From the NCBI GenBank assembly GCA_964016885.1, contig OZ024740.1, positions 306,962,001 through 307,026,000 on the forward strand: a stretch of 64,000 nt of DNA. Direction: 5' to 3'. This stretch comes from Eledone cirrhosa (lineage: Eukaryota). Of the stretch, positions 34,713 to 48,549 are shown one piece after another. The notes under the pieces are model-generated. The model saw only the letters and a list, made by a program, of their open reading frames with translations. It was not told where the DNA came from and searched no databases. A program made the position numbers and the translations under genes. How positions within the stretch are numbered: position 1 is the first letter of the stretch; each line of letters starts with the position of its first letter.

Positions 34713-37700
34713 GGACCAATCACAAGTCAATGGCCTATGCTATCACTACTGGCTGCTTTTCGATATGATGGATGGACTAAGGAATTTCTGGAGATTCTGA
34801 AGAATCTGGACACTCGATGACAATGCCAAAGATAACGACAAATTCACCTCATGCTGCCAGACGAAGGGGCAAAGCCCCCCCTCTTTGTTTCGGCCGCGGA
34901 TGGCCAACATAACCCCAAACTCATTCCCCTCATCCCTCCCTGCGCCCCATTCTCCAAACACAATCCAAAACTTCAGAGTTGGTACCATGAACGTAGGCAC
35001 CTTAAAAGGCCGCTCTAACGAGGTTGTAGAACTGCTAGAACGTAAGGAGGTTGATGTTTGCTGTATCCAAGAGACCAGGTGGAGGGGCGGGTCTGCTAGA
35101 TTCATTGTGGGTAAAAAACATTGCTATAAGCTTTTCTGGGTGGGGAATGACAATGGGATAGGTGAGGTAGGAATCATGTTAGCAGAAAGATGGGTGGATA
35201 AGATAATAGATGTAAATAGAGTGAATGACAGAATAATTAAAATAAGACTTGTTCTAAACAGAACTACTGTGACAGTAATATCTGCATACGTGCCCCAATC
35301 CGGACTGCCTGGCGCTATAAAAGACAGATTCTATGAGACACTGATGCTCACTACCTCCCAAATAACCAACAGTGACTATATAATTATTGCTGGCGACCTA
35401 AATGGTCACGTTGGACAACATTGTGACGGCTATGACGGAATCCACGGAGGCTATGGGTTTGGTACTAGAAACGAGGAGGGCTCCAGAATCCTGGAATTCT
35501 GTGATGCGAACAACCTAACTATCTGTAACACTAACTTCAAAAAACGAGACAATCACTTGATCACCTACAGATCAGGAGAACATACCAGCCAGGTAGATTA
35601 TATCCTTACCAGAAGACGTGACAGAGTGTCTGTTGTAAACACTAAATCCCTCCCCCATGAAGAATGCACCTCCCAACATAGACTGATAATTAGCGACCTC
35701 ATAGTCAGGACGAGACGTACTAGACAGCAGAAGAGGACTATCCTCAGGAGAAAAATATGGAAGCTAAATGATCCCACAGCCAGAAATAAATTTCAAAGCA
35801 TATTACTTGATGCTTTCGACAGTAAGGAAGAGCAATTAGAGTCGTACAAGGTAGAGGAACAGTGAGAATTCCTGAAAGCAAACCTGCTGATGGCGGCAGA
35901 CGAAGTCTGTGGCTGGAGCAGGCCTGTAGGCAGGAGGAGAGTAACATGGTGGTGGAACAGTAAGGTGGAGGGGTCAATCAAGGCCAAAAAGCAGGCTTGG
36001 AAAGCATGGCGGGATGGGGGAAGTAGAGAAGACTATCAAGTGGCCAGGAGGGAAGCTAGGAGTCAAGTGTACTTCGCAAGAAGGGAAGCAGAGGAAAGAA
36101 AGTTCAAGCATGTTCTACAACGCGAGGACCAAAAACGTGAGGTGTTCAGGATTGCTAGGCAATGTGTCAAGGAAAACCGTGATATTGTCGGGGAGAAGTG
36201 TGTACTTAACGATGATGGCGTATTTGCCATCACTGACGCTGATAAGAAGGTAGCTTGGAAGTGTCACTACGAAAGGCTACTAAATGAGGAGAATAAATGG
36301 GAGAAAGACAGTCTCCCCCACATCGATCCAATAGAGGGACCAGCAGTGTTAGTCGAAGGTAGTATAATAAGTAAGGCAATCAAAGATATGAAGACGGGTA
36401 AGGCGGCTGGGCCTTCGGAAATAGTTGCTGAGATGCTGAAAGCCTCCGGTACGGTGGGACACACCATGGTCACCCGGATAGTAAACCAAGTCATACAGAA
36501 TGGGGTCGTACCGAAGGACTGGTGTAGCAGCATCATCGTTAACTGTTACAAGGGTAAAGGAGATGCCCTAGATAGGAGTAACTATAGAGGCATTAAATTA
36601 ATCGGCCAGGTCATGAAGGTCACGGAAAAAGTAATAGCGCAACTAATCAGAGAGAGAATTGATCTAGATGAAATGCAGTTTGGGTTTGTGTCAGGCAAAA
36701 GTACCACAGACGCTCTTTTCATTGTACGACAACTACAGGAGAAGTACCTAGCTAAAAGTAAACCCTTATACTTAGCTTTTGTCGACTTGGAGAAAGCCTT
36801 CGACAGAGTCCCCCGTTCCATTATCTGGTGGGCTCTTAGAAAACTAGGTGTTGACGAATGGCTTGTGAGAGCCATACAAGCCATGTATAAAGAAACAGTC
36901 AGCAACGAATATAGTGAAGAGTTTAGCGTAAAAGTTGGTGTCCATCAGGGCTCTGTTCTTAGCCCCCTACTATTTATTATTGCCCTTCAGGCTATAACAG
37001 AGGAGTTCAAGACCGGCTGCCTATGGGAATTCCTATACGCAGATGATCTAACGCTCATAGCTGAATCAATGGCCGAGCTAGAGAAGAAATTCCAAACATG
37101 GAAGCATGGCCTAGAATCAAAAGGCCTTAAAATTAAGCTGGCTAAGACTAAAGTTCTAGTTTGTAGGAAAGAAAATAAGGTGCCGGTCCCCTCCGGGAAA
37201 TGGCCATGCTCGGTGTGTAGGAAAGGCGTAGGTAGAAACTCCATTTTATGTCCCAAATGCAAAGTATGGGTGCATAAAAGATGTAGTGGTATCACAGGTA
37301 AGCTAACTAAGAACACAGATGTGGCCGGTGCTCTGGTGCAATAAGTAGCAGCAAGTGCCCACAAATACTAACTCTTTCAATTGCGCAGAGGGTCCTATGC
37401 GAGCCAGACAGTCCTATGCGAGCAAGACAACCACTCTTGCCTCAAGTGGGAAAACCCCCGTCCAAACCCATGCAAGCGTGGAACACGGACGCTAAACCTG
37501 ATGATGATGATGATGATGATGTTCTATAGAAATAGTGGACAGCTTCCGTTACCTGGGTGACAAAATCAGCAGTGGGGGAGGGTGCTCTGAAAGTACAGTA
37601 GCTAGAGTCAGAACTGGATGGAAAAAGTTCAGAGAGCTTATACCACTATTAGCCGCTAAAGGGTTCTCCCTAAAAATGAAAGGCAGGTTGTATGATGCCT

Positions 37701-38491
37701 GCATACGAACAACAATGTTGCATGGCAGTGAGACCAGGGCATTGTGTGCAGAGGATATACACAGACCAGAGAGGAACGAAGCTTGCATGCTCCGCTGGAT
37801 GTGTAATAGTAATATACGTGAACGGCAAAGCATAAACGAACTAAGGAAAAAATTAGAAATAAGAGGGATCTGATGTTGTTTACTCGAGAGAAGGCTACGT
37901 TGGTATGGTCACGTGATGCGCATGAAAGACGACAGCTGTATACCAATTGCAGGGCAATAAAGATAGGTGGTAGCCACGGAGTAGGCAGACCCAGGAAAAC
38001 CTGGGACGAGCTGATAAATTCCGACCTCACACACTTACACCTCTCCAAGACAATGTCACTGGACCGAGACCTTTGGCGGTACTCAGTAACAGAGAAGACC
38101 CGCCTTACCTAAATACAAAGTAAAACCTACTAGTCAGTAGGCATCTCTAACAAAATACACCCCACCCCATCCCATCCCATCCACACCGCCCCCTTCAATG
38201 CAAAGTTATGTTGGTGCCACAACATCCAGGCCGAAACAAACGAGATCGTGTAGGTGTCACGACAAAAAAACACACAGTCCACGCTGTAATGTGGTTGTAG
38301 GCAACACAGTAAAAACCTCCCAGCCCCACACTGTAAATGTGGTTGGTGTTAGGAAGGGCATCCAGCTGTAGAAAACCCGCCAGACAGTCCTATGCGAGCA
38401 AGACAATCACTCTTGCCTCAAGTGGGAATACCCCCCTCCAAACCCATGCAAGCGTGGAACAGGGACGTTAAACGATGATGATGATGATGAT
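34713..38491 (+). mobile_element. full-length but disrupted RTE family 1 copy
   Basis: ORFs 34885-35865, 35890-37344 and 37535-37873; YADD intact; stops, small deletions and a nested insertion at 37392-37520. Confidence 0.95.
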
Positions 38492-38523
38492 ATATATATA
38501 TATTTATATATATATATATATAT

Positions 38524-38842
38524 TGTTATACTTGGGGAGGGTCATATTGTTGTAATACTATTGCCAGAAATAATAACAGAACACACTCACTGTATATATA
38601 TATATAGTGAAAGAGTGAAGAATAACATGGTGGTCGGCTGTACAAAAAGGGTTTTATTTACAGTATTAACAATTGATTCATTGATCAGGTGAGTCTAAAG
38701 GCCGCTGATCACTCGAAGTTGCGTCACTCGACCTTAAATACAGTGTTTACCTCTGATCAAATCATCGGAATACAAAGCTATCCATAGTACAGAGTACTCA
38801 CAACCTCTAACTGGATTACCGAAACGATAACATGTTATGCCA
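38524..38842 (-). mobile_element. ~310-bp unclassified element (solo-LTR-like or PLE pLTR) in (TA)n
   Basis: TGTTAT...ATAACA ends; AATAAA and TATTTAA on the - strand; terminus shared with PLE family B. Confidence 0.4.
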
Positions 38843-38926
38843 TATATACATATATATATATATATACATATGATATATATATATATATCATATGATATAT
38901 ATATGATATATATATATACATACATA

Positions 38927-38984
<58 letters not shown>

Positions 38985-39380
38985 GATATATATATATATA
39001 TCATATGATATATATATGATATATATATATACATACATATGATATATATATATATATATATATATATCATATGATATATATATGATATATATATATACAT
39101 ACATATGATATATATATATATATATATATATATCATATGATATATATATGATATATATATATACATATGATATATATATATACATATGATATATATATAT
39201 GATATATATATATACATACATATGATATATATATATGATATATATATACATATGATATATATATATATATAATATATATATACATATGATACATATATGA
39301 TATATATATATATACATATGATATATATATATACATACATATGATATATATATGATATATATATATATATATGATATATG

Positions 39381-39414
<34 letters not shown>

Positions 39415-39467
39415 TATCATATGTATATATGATATATATATGATATATGATATATATATATGATATA

Positions 39468-39508
<41 letters not shown>

Positions 39509-40064
39509 TATGATATGTATATGATATATGTATATAATATATATATGATATATATATATACATACATATGATATATATATATGATATATGTATATAATAT
39601 ATATATGATATATATATATACATACATATGATATATATATATGATATATATATATATATATATATATATGTAGATAAATCTACCAAGAGTTTACGGTAGT
39701 GCCCAATCCGTATGAAGAACTCAATGTATTCCGGATATCATGGAAAGAAGAGATGTAATGAAAAATCACTTTCGGTGAAAGATAAACGGTATACAGAGTC
39801 AAGATAAAATATTAAACAAATAATGAATAAAACAATGAAACAGTTCCTTATATTAAACAAAAAAAGTTCATTATTTAACGATCGTTTCTAGGATATATAT
39901 GTGTTAGAATTGGTATGCATATTCAACAGATCTATGTACAAAATTATACAGAATTATACAAACTATCAAGATTAAATATACATACCAACACATATATACG
40001 CCGTCTTCAGAAATAATGAAATATATTTATTGATAATAACAACAATTCAAAATTTCAGGTCCGA

Positions 40065-40763
40065 CGGGTTACTTGGTATAATGCTCCATTTAATTTACAA
40101 ATTAAGGATAATATTGCTAAAAAATTTTTTTATATCCTAGAGAAAAACTTCCCGCCAAACCACAAATACCATCAAATCTTAAATAGGTCTACAGTTAAAT
40201 TCTCATACTCTACAACAAATAACATAAAACAAAATATAAGTGCCTATAATGCATATAAATGTAAGAAAACCATAAGTATACCACCAGTACATCAAATTAA
40301 CCATAATATCTCCTCAAATACAGAATTAACGAAAGGTTGTAACTGTAGAAACAAAGCAAACTGCCCATTAAAAGGGAATTGTCTTGTTAACAACATAGTC
40401 TATAAATGTAATGTTAAAACTAAAGATTCTATTTGCTCATATATAGGAGCTACCTCTAACAATTTTAAGACAAGGTTTAATACCCACAAGCATAGTTTTA
40501 AAAATGCCGCACTGGCTAATACAACATCTCTAGCAGAAAAAATCAATAGTTATAAAAATAAGAATATAGAATATGATTTGACCTGGAGTGTGCTCAAAAG
40601 AGCCACCCCTTATCAAAATAATAGAAATGAATGTAGATTATGTTCCCAAGAACTATTTGAAATAATGAAATCTAAGGATATCCTATTAAATAAACGACAG
40701 GAATTAATTATATCGTGTAATCATAAACTAAAAAAAACATTTAAATATTATAAACCTAATTAA
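40065..40763 (+). pseudogene. stop-free C-terminal PLE frame: RT thumb end, CxC-x5-C-x5-C linker, GIY-YIG endonuclease
   Basis: Manual translation RVTWYNAPF...NFPPNHKYHQILNRSTVKFSYS...CNCRNKANCPLKGNCL..NIVYKC...YIGATSNNFKTRFNTHKHSF...CRLC...LLNKRQEL; the ORF track shows only the last 61 aa. Confidence 0.9.
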
Positions 40764-41257
40764 TAACATTATTTTAGAAATTAATTTAATTTAAATGTTA
40801 GTTAACCTATAAATTTAATTTAATTAAAATTCTATTACAGATGAGAATATAAAATATTGTGTAATCATAAATTGTGAAAAACCTTTAAATATTACTAATA
40901 TATACTTAGTAATTTAATTTATAGATTAATTTTAATTTATTTAAACCTTTTATTAAAATTCCTTTACAGTTAAAATATAACAAAATATCGTGTATCCAAT
41001 GACAGAGTAATAATTTTTAGTATTATAGACCTAATTAATATACATTTTAGAAATATATTTATAATTTGGTTTTAAATTTAGTCAACCTAAAATTTAGTTT
41101 AATTGGCTTAAAATTAGTATCCTTATACAGACGGATTGCAGAATGTCATGTAATCATAGAATGGGATGTGTTTTGGATGTATACCTAGTTAATATATTCT
41201 TTGCAATTTTTGAAAAAATATGTATATGTACGTATGTATATGTATGTGTATGTGTGT

Positions 41258-41299
<42 letters not shown>

Positions 41300-42125
41300 G
41301 TATATATATATATGTGTATGTATATGTATATGTATATGTATTAATTTTGATTTCTATTTGCATATAATTATATTCTGCTATTGATAAAATACAATATCTG
41401 TTTTATTTATTATATACCTAATTAACATATACTATAGAAATTAATATATAATTTTTAATTTAGTTAACCTATAATTTATATTCTACTACCGATGTAATAC
41501 TTTATTTGTTTTTTCCCTATTACTAAATTCATTTCCTAATATTGATACCATAACGTTATTAACTTTAATTTAGTTATACTATAATTAATACTCTACTACT
41601 ATTTAACTTCAAAATTCTGCTTCAAATATTATAAACCTAACTAATTTACACCTTAGAAATCAATATGTTAACTATCTTTAGTTTAGTTAACATATAATTA
41701 ATGGTATACTTATTTATTTTGAAATGCATAAATTTTGCCTTATTTCTCGTATTTCCTAACACTGAAACTATGTAAAAACATACATTGGATCCAGATACAG
41801 ATAATATTCTATGTTTCTTGAAACATATATTTACTATAATCCCCTTCTCCAACCCCCCCCCTTTCCCCCATACTATTATCATCTGTGTTTGTAAGCGTGT
41901 ATGTATGAATATATATGTAGGTAGGTGTATATATGTTTGGGTATTTATATCTGAATATAAAAATACATATATGCGCATGCAAATAAGAATGTAAGATTGT
42001 GTGTATATATATGTGTGTATGTATATATATATGTGTATATATGCATGTGTATATATATGTGTATGTGTATGTGTGTATGTATATATATATGTATATGTGT
42101 ATGTGTGCGTGGGCGTGTATGTGTG

Positions 42126-42186
<61 letters not shown>

Positions 42187-42423
42187 ATGTATGTATGTAT
42201 ATATGTGTGTGTATATATATGTATGTCTCTCTATTTATATGTCTATCTTCGTATCTATGTGGGTATATGTGTGTATGTGCATGTATGCACATGTATGTGT
42301 TTACGTGTATATGTGTGTATGTGTATATATGTACGTGTGCGCACATATATATGTGAGTGTGTGTGTGTGTGTGTATATGTATATATATATGTATATCTAT
42401 GGGTGTATATATGTCTATATTCG

Positions 42424-42468
<45 letters not shown>

Positions 42469-42576
42469 TATTATTATATTATAACTTATGTGTATGTGTG
42501 TATATGTGAGGGTCTGTATATGTATATATATGTGTATATATATGTGTAAAAAAATATATATGTGTATGTCTGTTTT

Positions 42577-42608
<32 letters not shown>

Positions 42609-43063
42609 ATATATATGTATGTGTATATATATGTGTATGTGTGTGTTTGTATGTGTGTTTATGGTTGTATGTGTGTGTGGGTGTGTATATATATAAATGT
42701 ATGTGTATATATATATATATATATATATGTGTATATATATCTCTATTAATGTGTGTATATATGTATATGTATATGCCTTTTTCTTTGTATGTCTGAGTTG
42801 TGTGAGGGTGTAGTGGTGTTTGTATGTATATACGCATATATGGATGCGTATGTATTTGTATATATGAGTATATGTAAGTGCGTATGTATGTATGAATATA
42901 TATCTAATTCTATGTATGAGTATATATGTGTGTGTATGTATGTTGTGTGTGTATGTATGTATGTGTCTATGTGTGTATATATATGTATATATGTGTGTAT
43001 ATGTATGTATGTATGTCTATGTATGTACATATATGTCTATGTATGTGTGTATGTATATGTATG

Positions 43064-43100
<37 letters not shown>

Positions 43101-43292
43101 CTTTATTTTATATATATGTGTGTGTGTGTATGTGTGTGTGTGTATATATATCTTTATATATGTGTATGTGTATGTTCGTGTAGGTGTATGTGTGTGTATG
43201 ACTATATATGTATGTGTGTATGTGTGTATGTATGTATATGTATGTGTGTGTACATGTATGTATGTGTATGTATGTATATGTGTGTATATGTG

Positions 43293-43333
<41 letters not shown>

Positions 43334-43650
43334 ATATATATGTATATATATATATATGTATATGTATCTCTATTTGTATATGTATATGTGTATAGGTATA
43401 TACCTTTTTCTTTGTATGTCTGAGTTGTGTGAGAGTGTAGTGGTGTTTGTATGTATATACCGATATATGGATGCGTAAGTATTTGTGTGTATGTATGTAT
43501 GTATGTCTGTATGTATTTGTGTGTATATATAGGTATGTATGTGTATACCTGTATGTATATAAGTATGTATGTGTATGTATATGTGCGTGTATGTGTGTAT
43601 ATATATGTGTGTCTATATAGTATGTGTGATTATATGTGTATATATCTGTG

Positions 43651-43697
<47 letters not shown>

Positions 43698-43794
43698 GTA
43701 TCTGTGTATATGTGTGTATGTGTGTATATGTATATGTTTATATATGTGTGTGTATGTATGTTCTAAGTGTGGATGTGTGTATATGTATGTGTGT

Positions 43795-43844
<50 letters not shown>

Positions 43845-44485
43845 GTATATATATATATATATATATATATTTTCTTGATATATTTCTTTTTTCTTTTCTT
43901 TTTCTTTTCTTTCCTTTTTAATTTTTATTTTTTATTTTCTTAGTTTATAGATACATCTATAATAAGCAGTCTGCCCAAACCGTTGAATACTGACCTCTCC
44001 CCCCCCCCCTCCCACCTAATTTCTGTATCTTGATCTAAATGTGTGTGGCAGTGTTTATGTGAGTGAATTAATATCCATGTGCTTATGATATCCACATATA
44101 TATATATGTGAGTGGGGGTGTGTGTGTGTTTGTATGTTCGTAATTATGTGTATGTTTATGCATATACGCGCGCGTGTGTGTGATTGTACGGATATGTGTG
44201 AGTATGAGAATATGTGTATACACTTATTTCATATTTATGTGTCTATACGCATCTTATCTGTGCATTATAAACTTACAGAGACATTAACCTTGAAATTTTG
44301 TATTTGCATCCATCCTTTTGGTATGCGTATACATGTTGAGCATACATTTTTGTAAAATATGTGTAAGGGTAGTTACATGTATATACACACACCGAACTGC
44401 ATAAAACCTTTTATATTTTCATTGGTCAATTTTGTTCCCAAACGGACCTGAAATTTTGAATTGTTGTTATTATCAATAAATATAT

Positions 44486-44639
44486 TTCATTATTTCTGAA
44501 GACGGCGTATATATGTGTTGGTATGTATATTTAATCTTGATAGTTTGTATAATTCTGTATAATTTTGTACATAGATCTGTTGAATATGCATACCAATTCT
44601 AACACATATATATCCTAGAAACGATCGTTAAATAATGAA
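44486..44639 (+). ncRNA. type I hammerhead motif with a ~115-nt stem II (mirror copy in the left repeat)
   Basis: TTCATTATTT-CTGAAGA-[long hairpin]-GAAA-CGATCG(palindrome)-TT-AAATAATGAA. Confidence 0.72.
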
Positions 44640-44693
44640 CTTTTTTTGTTTAATATAAGGAACTGTTTCATTGTTTTATTCATTATTTGTTTA

Positions 44694-44776
<83 letters not shown>

Positions 44777-44952
44777 TATATATATATATATACACATATA
44801 TATGATATGTATATATATATATATATTATAAGTAAGATGAATATGACATCGTAATCTGATCACTACTATTCTCTCTCTCTCCCTCTCATATATATATATG
44901 TATATATATATATATGTATGTATATATATATGTATGTATATATATACATGGT

Positions 44953-45477
44953 ACCCACCAAGGTTTCTTGGTGAGGAGGGTGGCTTTGGACATCCTGCAG
45001 GACTAAAAACAAAACCTGCCAAAAGGCAAAGGGGCTCTTAAGAGTCAATAGCCATCCAAAATCACCGGGAGAGATGACCCCTTAGCCTTTGTCAAGGCAG
45101 AATTCTAGGAGAAGGAAAACTCTGATATAACACCTGCAACCCTGATGGTATCCAATGATGTTGAATTGTTCTTCTTTTTGGTAAATATCATCTTGGTTAA
45201 GAGAGTGGGACTGGCTTTGTGCAGTGCCTTTGCTCACTATAAAAGCTTCACAGCACAGGCATTGCTTTATATCTGGAGATCTCTCTGCACTTGTCGTCAC
45301 ATGGTACCATGGGCCCAGCACTATGTGTCAATAATTGTCACAAGTGTAGTGTTTGTACCAGAGTTTTCAAGTCGCTGGCTGGACTAAAAAGTCACATTCG
45401 TTCAGCGCATTGGTAGGGGTTCTCCTATATGGATATAATGCAGTGGCCGTACTCGAAAACGAGTTGGCAGCCACCAT
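44953..45477 (+). mobile_element. second, 5'-truncated copy of the 263-862 retroposon
   Basis: High identity to the reverse complement of 263-787. Confidence 0.85.
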
Positions 45478-45478
45478 G

Positions 45479-45509
<31 letters not shown>

Positions 45510-46579
45510 ATATATATATGAGTGTGTTTGTGTGTGTTTTAGCCTTTTTCCATCCTATTGCTATATTCTTTTTTTACTCTCCTCCTTTGAGACTTCAGAA
45601 GCCATCAATATTCGACACTGCTTGTACATCTGTTGTTTCACTTTTTATCATTTGGACAAACTCGTGAAATTTGAGATAAATTTAATTGATATTTAAATAA
45701 ATGACAATGATTTAGTTCCACTATAAAGGTCATGTTGTATTTCAATCTTAATGTGTATTGGTTCTGATTGTCATAGTTTCTAACACTGTTAGACATAAAA
45801 GGTACTTAAGGTAAGGAAATGTGACAAAGAGTTGACAAAGCTAAGCAGTGACTCCACACATTAGAGCTGTCCTTGTAGTCAATAGTGCAGCCAGCATCTC
45901 ACTCAGCATGCAAGTAGCAATTACAACAGCTTACATATCTATGCATTGATGCAATGGCATACAGTCACCACTAAAAGAGCTTACTGTTCATAGTCTTTGC
46001 AGCCAACACCCCTAATAGCCCCACACCACTTTTGATATCCATGATATCAACAAAATAGAACAGGATATTCAAAATTGAAAAATTAATTGTATTACTTTCA
46101 AGCTTGCTTTTATTGAAAGCACATGTTAGCTTGATCATTAATTACATCATGCATACAGACTCTTTTTATATACACTCCCTGCAGCAGACCCATTATTATG
46201 TATATCTACAGATTCATTGTATATTTATATAAATGTATATACTTACATTAAAATGCTCCTTGTAGAATAATGTATTCACAATATTTCTTGATCAGAATTT
46301 TTTGATATTAATATTAATTATATCTTATCAGAGTGAATCTAGCAAAGTAGAGAATATATTTTCTTGTTCTGGGTATAGTATGAAATGTAAAAATTTGTGA
46401 AATTTATTTTGTATTTTGTCTTTTGGTTAAATCTATATTTTCTTCAATTGTAATAATAGTTCAACAGATTGTTTGGATGTTATAAAATAGACAGAGAGTT
46501 GAGGTTATGTAGAGTTGAAATAAAAGTTTAGAAACTTGGGCAGACATTAAGTATATGTGCTGTAGTCATAGTAGTTTAA

Positions 46580-46781
46580 CCCTTTACCATTTACATCACT
46601 CTATATTTACTATTGTATTTTTGTGGTAAAAGCTTTATCTTACATAATATCGAATCTATGAGCTTTTGATATTATTTATTTTGAGAACAATACCTTAACA
46701 TCAATATGAGTGGCCAGTTATATTGAACAGAAAGAGGTGAGAGAATTCTGACTAGATATGTCCGGTTTAAAAACTAAAGGG
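46580..46781. mobile_element. piggyBac-type MITE with TTAA target duplication
   Basis: TTAA|CCCTTTA...TAAAGGG|TTAA. Confidence 0.85.
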
Positions 46782-46832
46782 TTAACTGAACAATTAGATA
46801 GTGTAAAACCATAGATGAGGATATGTGTTGTA

Positions 46833-47017
46833 ATAATTGTTTCTACTTTAGGCACAAGGCCAGCAATTACCCAGTTCATTACTGGCTCTTTATTTTATCG
46901 ACCCCGTAAGGATGAAAGGCAAAGTCAACCTCGGCGGGATTTGAACTCAGATTGTAAAGGGACGTAACTATGCTGGAAAGCATGGCGTCCGACCCTCTAC
47001 CGATACTGCCAATCCAC
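46833..47017 (-). mobile_element. SINE-B (tRNA-derived, ATT tail)
   Basis: TGGCAGTATCGG A box, GAGTTCAAATCC B box, GCCTTTCATCCTTACGGGGTCGATAAA core, GGCCTTGTGCC...AGAAACAATT end. Confidence 0.9.
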
Positions 47018-48183
47018 AATAATAGTAACCAATTTGACAGTTGAGAGCATATTTTGTAAAACAGTTAAATGTACCAATTGAACATTATAAAGGCATGAAC
47101 ATACAGTTGAGGGTATGTCTAGTTATAATGGTTTCTGATTTAGGCACAAGGCACAAGGCCAAAAAATTTGGTGGGAGGGGAAAATTTCTTAAATCGATCA
47201 CAGTGCTGGTACTTTATTTTATCAACCCTGTAGTAGTTTAACTGACCAATTGGGCAGAATGCTTACATCGAACACAGCAAATTGTATTTAAAGGTTTGTT
47301 TTGATTTAATGGAACATGGGTTACAGTATGATACTGTCCATATAGGCAACTTACAATATATAGGCTTATGAATAATGCACCAGAAGTGAAAGGGGGCAGT
47401 GAGGTCATGTGAGTGGAAGGTGAAAATGATTGACCTCTTACCTCATAGGATTTTGCTGCAGAAGGTTGTGTATGTCTGGGGTTTCATGAAGAGCCTTAAT
47501 TTCTGGTTAGAGTTTGGGTGGGTATGAATCTTGAGTTACACTGTTAGACAAGAGATACAACTAGGAAGGACTGGCAAGGTAAACAATTGTGTTTTCCACC
47601 TCAAAATATTGATAATAATTATAGTTAATGGTGAATGTAGTAGTGTGAGTAATGATGGTGTCGCCATCTTGGAGTAAGATGTTATTCACTGAATGAGGAA
47701 GACCAATATAAACAATCTAATACAATATGCTCTTGTAACCTCATACAACCAATAATTATATTTTTGATAAATGCTTGAAATATATTTTCCAAAATGTTAA
47801 TTTCCATAATTTGTATATACTTAAGATGTAAAGTAATATTGGTGCTACAAACTGAGAATTTTTGGTGTCTCTTCACTGGCAGTATAACTACTGGTTTCAG
47901 GCTAGTTGGTTCTCTTGAGGTTTCATGTAGTCTAGAATTAATAGGAAAAGATTGTAATGTAGAATCATTATTTTGAGACAATTAATGGAAATTATTAATT
48001 ATGCAAATGAACATATGACAAGGAAAATAATGAAAAAAAAAATTATATTTAAATTGTAGTTAAAAGCTTGAAATATTCTATATTTTTATATAACTTCAGG
48101 TTTACTCTATAATGAAACAAAATATTCATTAAGAAGCTGATTCAAAGATATAACAATTATTTGTGTATCTTGTTGTAAATAAT

Positions 48184-48292
48184 TGTTTCTACTTTTGGCA
48201 CAAGGCCAGCAATTACCCAGTACATTACTGGTACTTTAATTTATCGACCCCGTAAGGATGAAAGGTAAAGTTAACCTCGGCGGGATTTGAAC
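48184..48292 (-). mobile_element. 5'-truncated SINE-B with 11-bp TSD
   Basis: TTGTAAATAAT on both sides. Confidence 0.87.
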
Positions 48293-48549
48293 TTGTAAAT
48301 AATGAACACTATTATCCTTGTCTAGGTATACCTAAATACAGGTACCATTCACCGTTTTAAGTTATTAAAAGTGTACATTACAAAATTGCCTTGGTGGCAA
48401 TGATACACTTATTTCATATTTGAATACTTACAGTGTGTTAAGATACAAGAAAGGGGTAAATGTGTTGTTTCAATACAAAAATCTCACATTTACTCAACAC
48501 TTCAGATTTCTACAAATCAATGAGTAAACCTCTATCTTGTCATTTGATT

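Larger units (their letters stand above)
39671..44702 (+). mobile_element. Penelope-like element, Hydra-clade-like, 5'-truncated with inverted pLTR
   Basis: 260-bp inverted repeats 39804-40063 and 44443-44702 with no mismatch seen; extra tail 39671-39803; GIY-YIG frame inside; (TA)n flanks. Confidence 0.85.

Noticed and set aside
47290-47680. AAGATGGCG start/YY1-like motif and possible gag-knuckle remnant on the - strand
   Set aside because: The frame closes quickly and the Cys/His spacing is not convincing.
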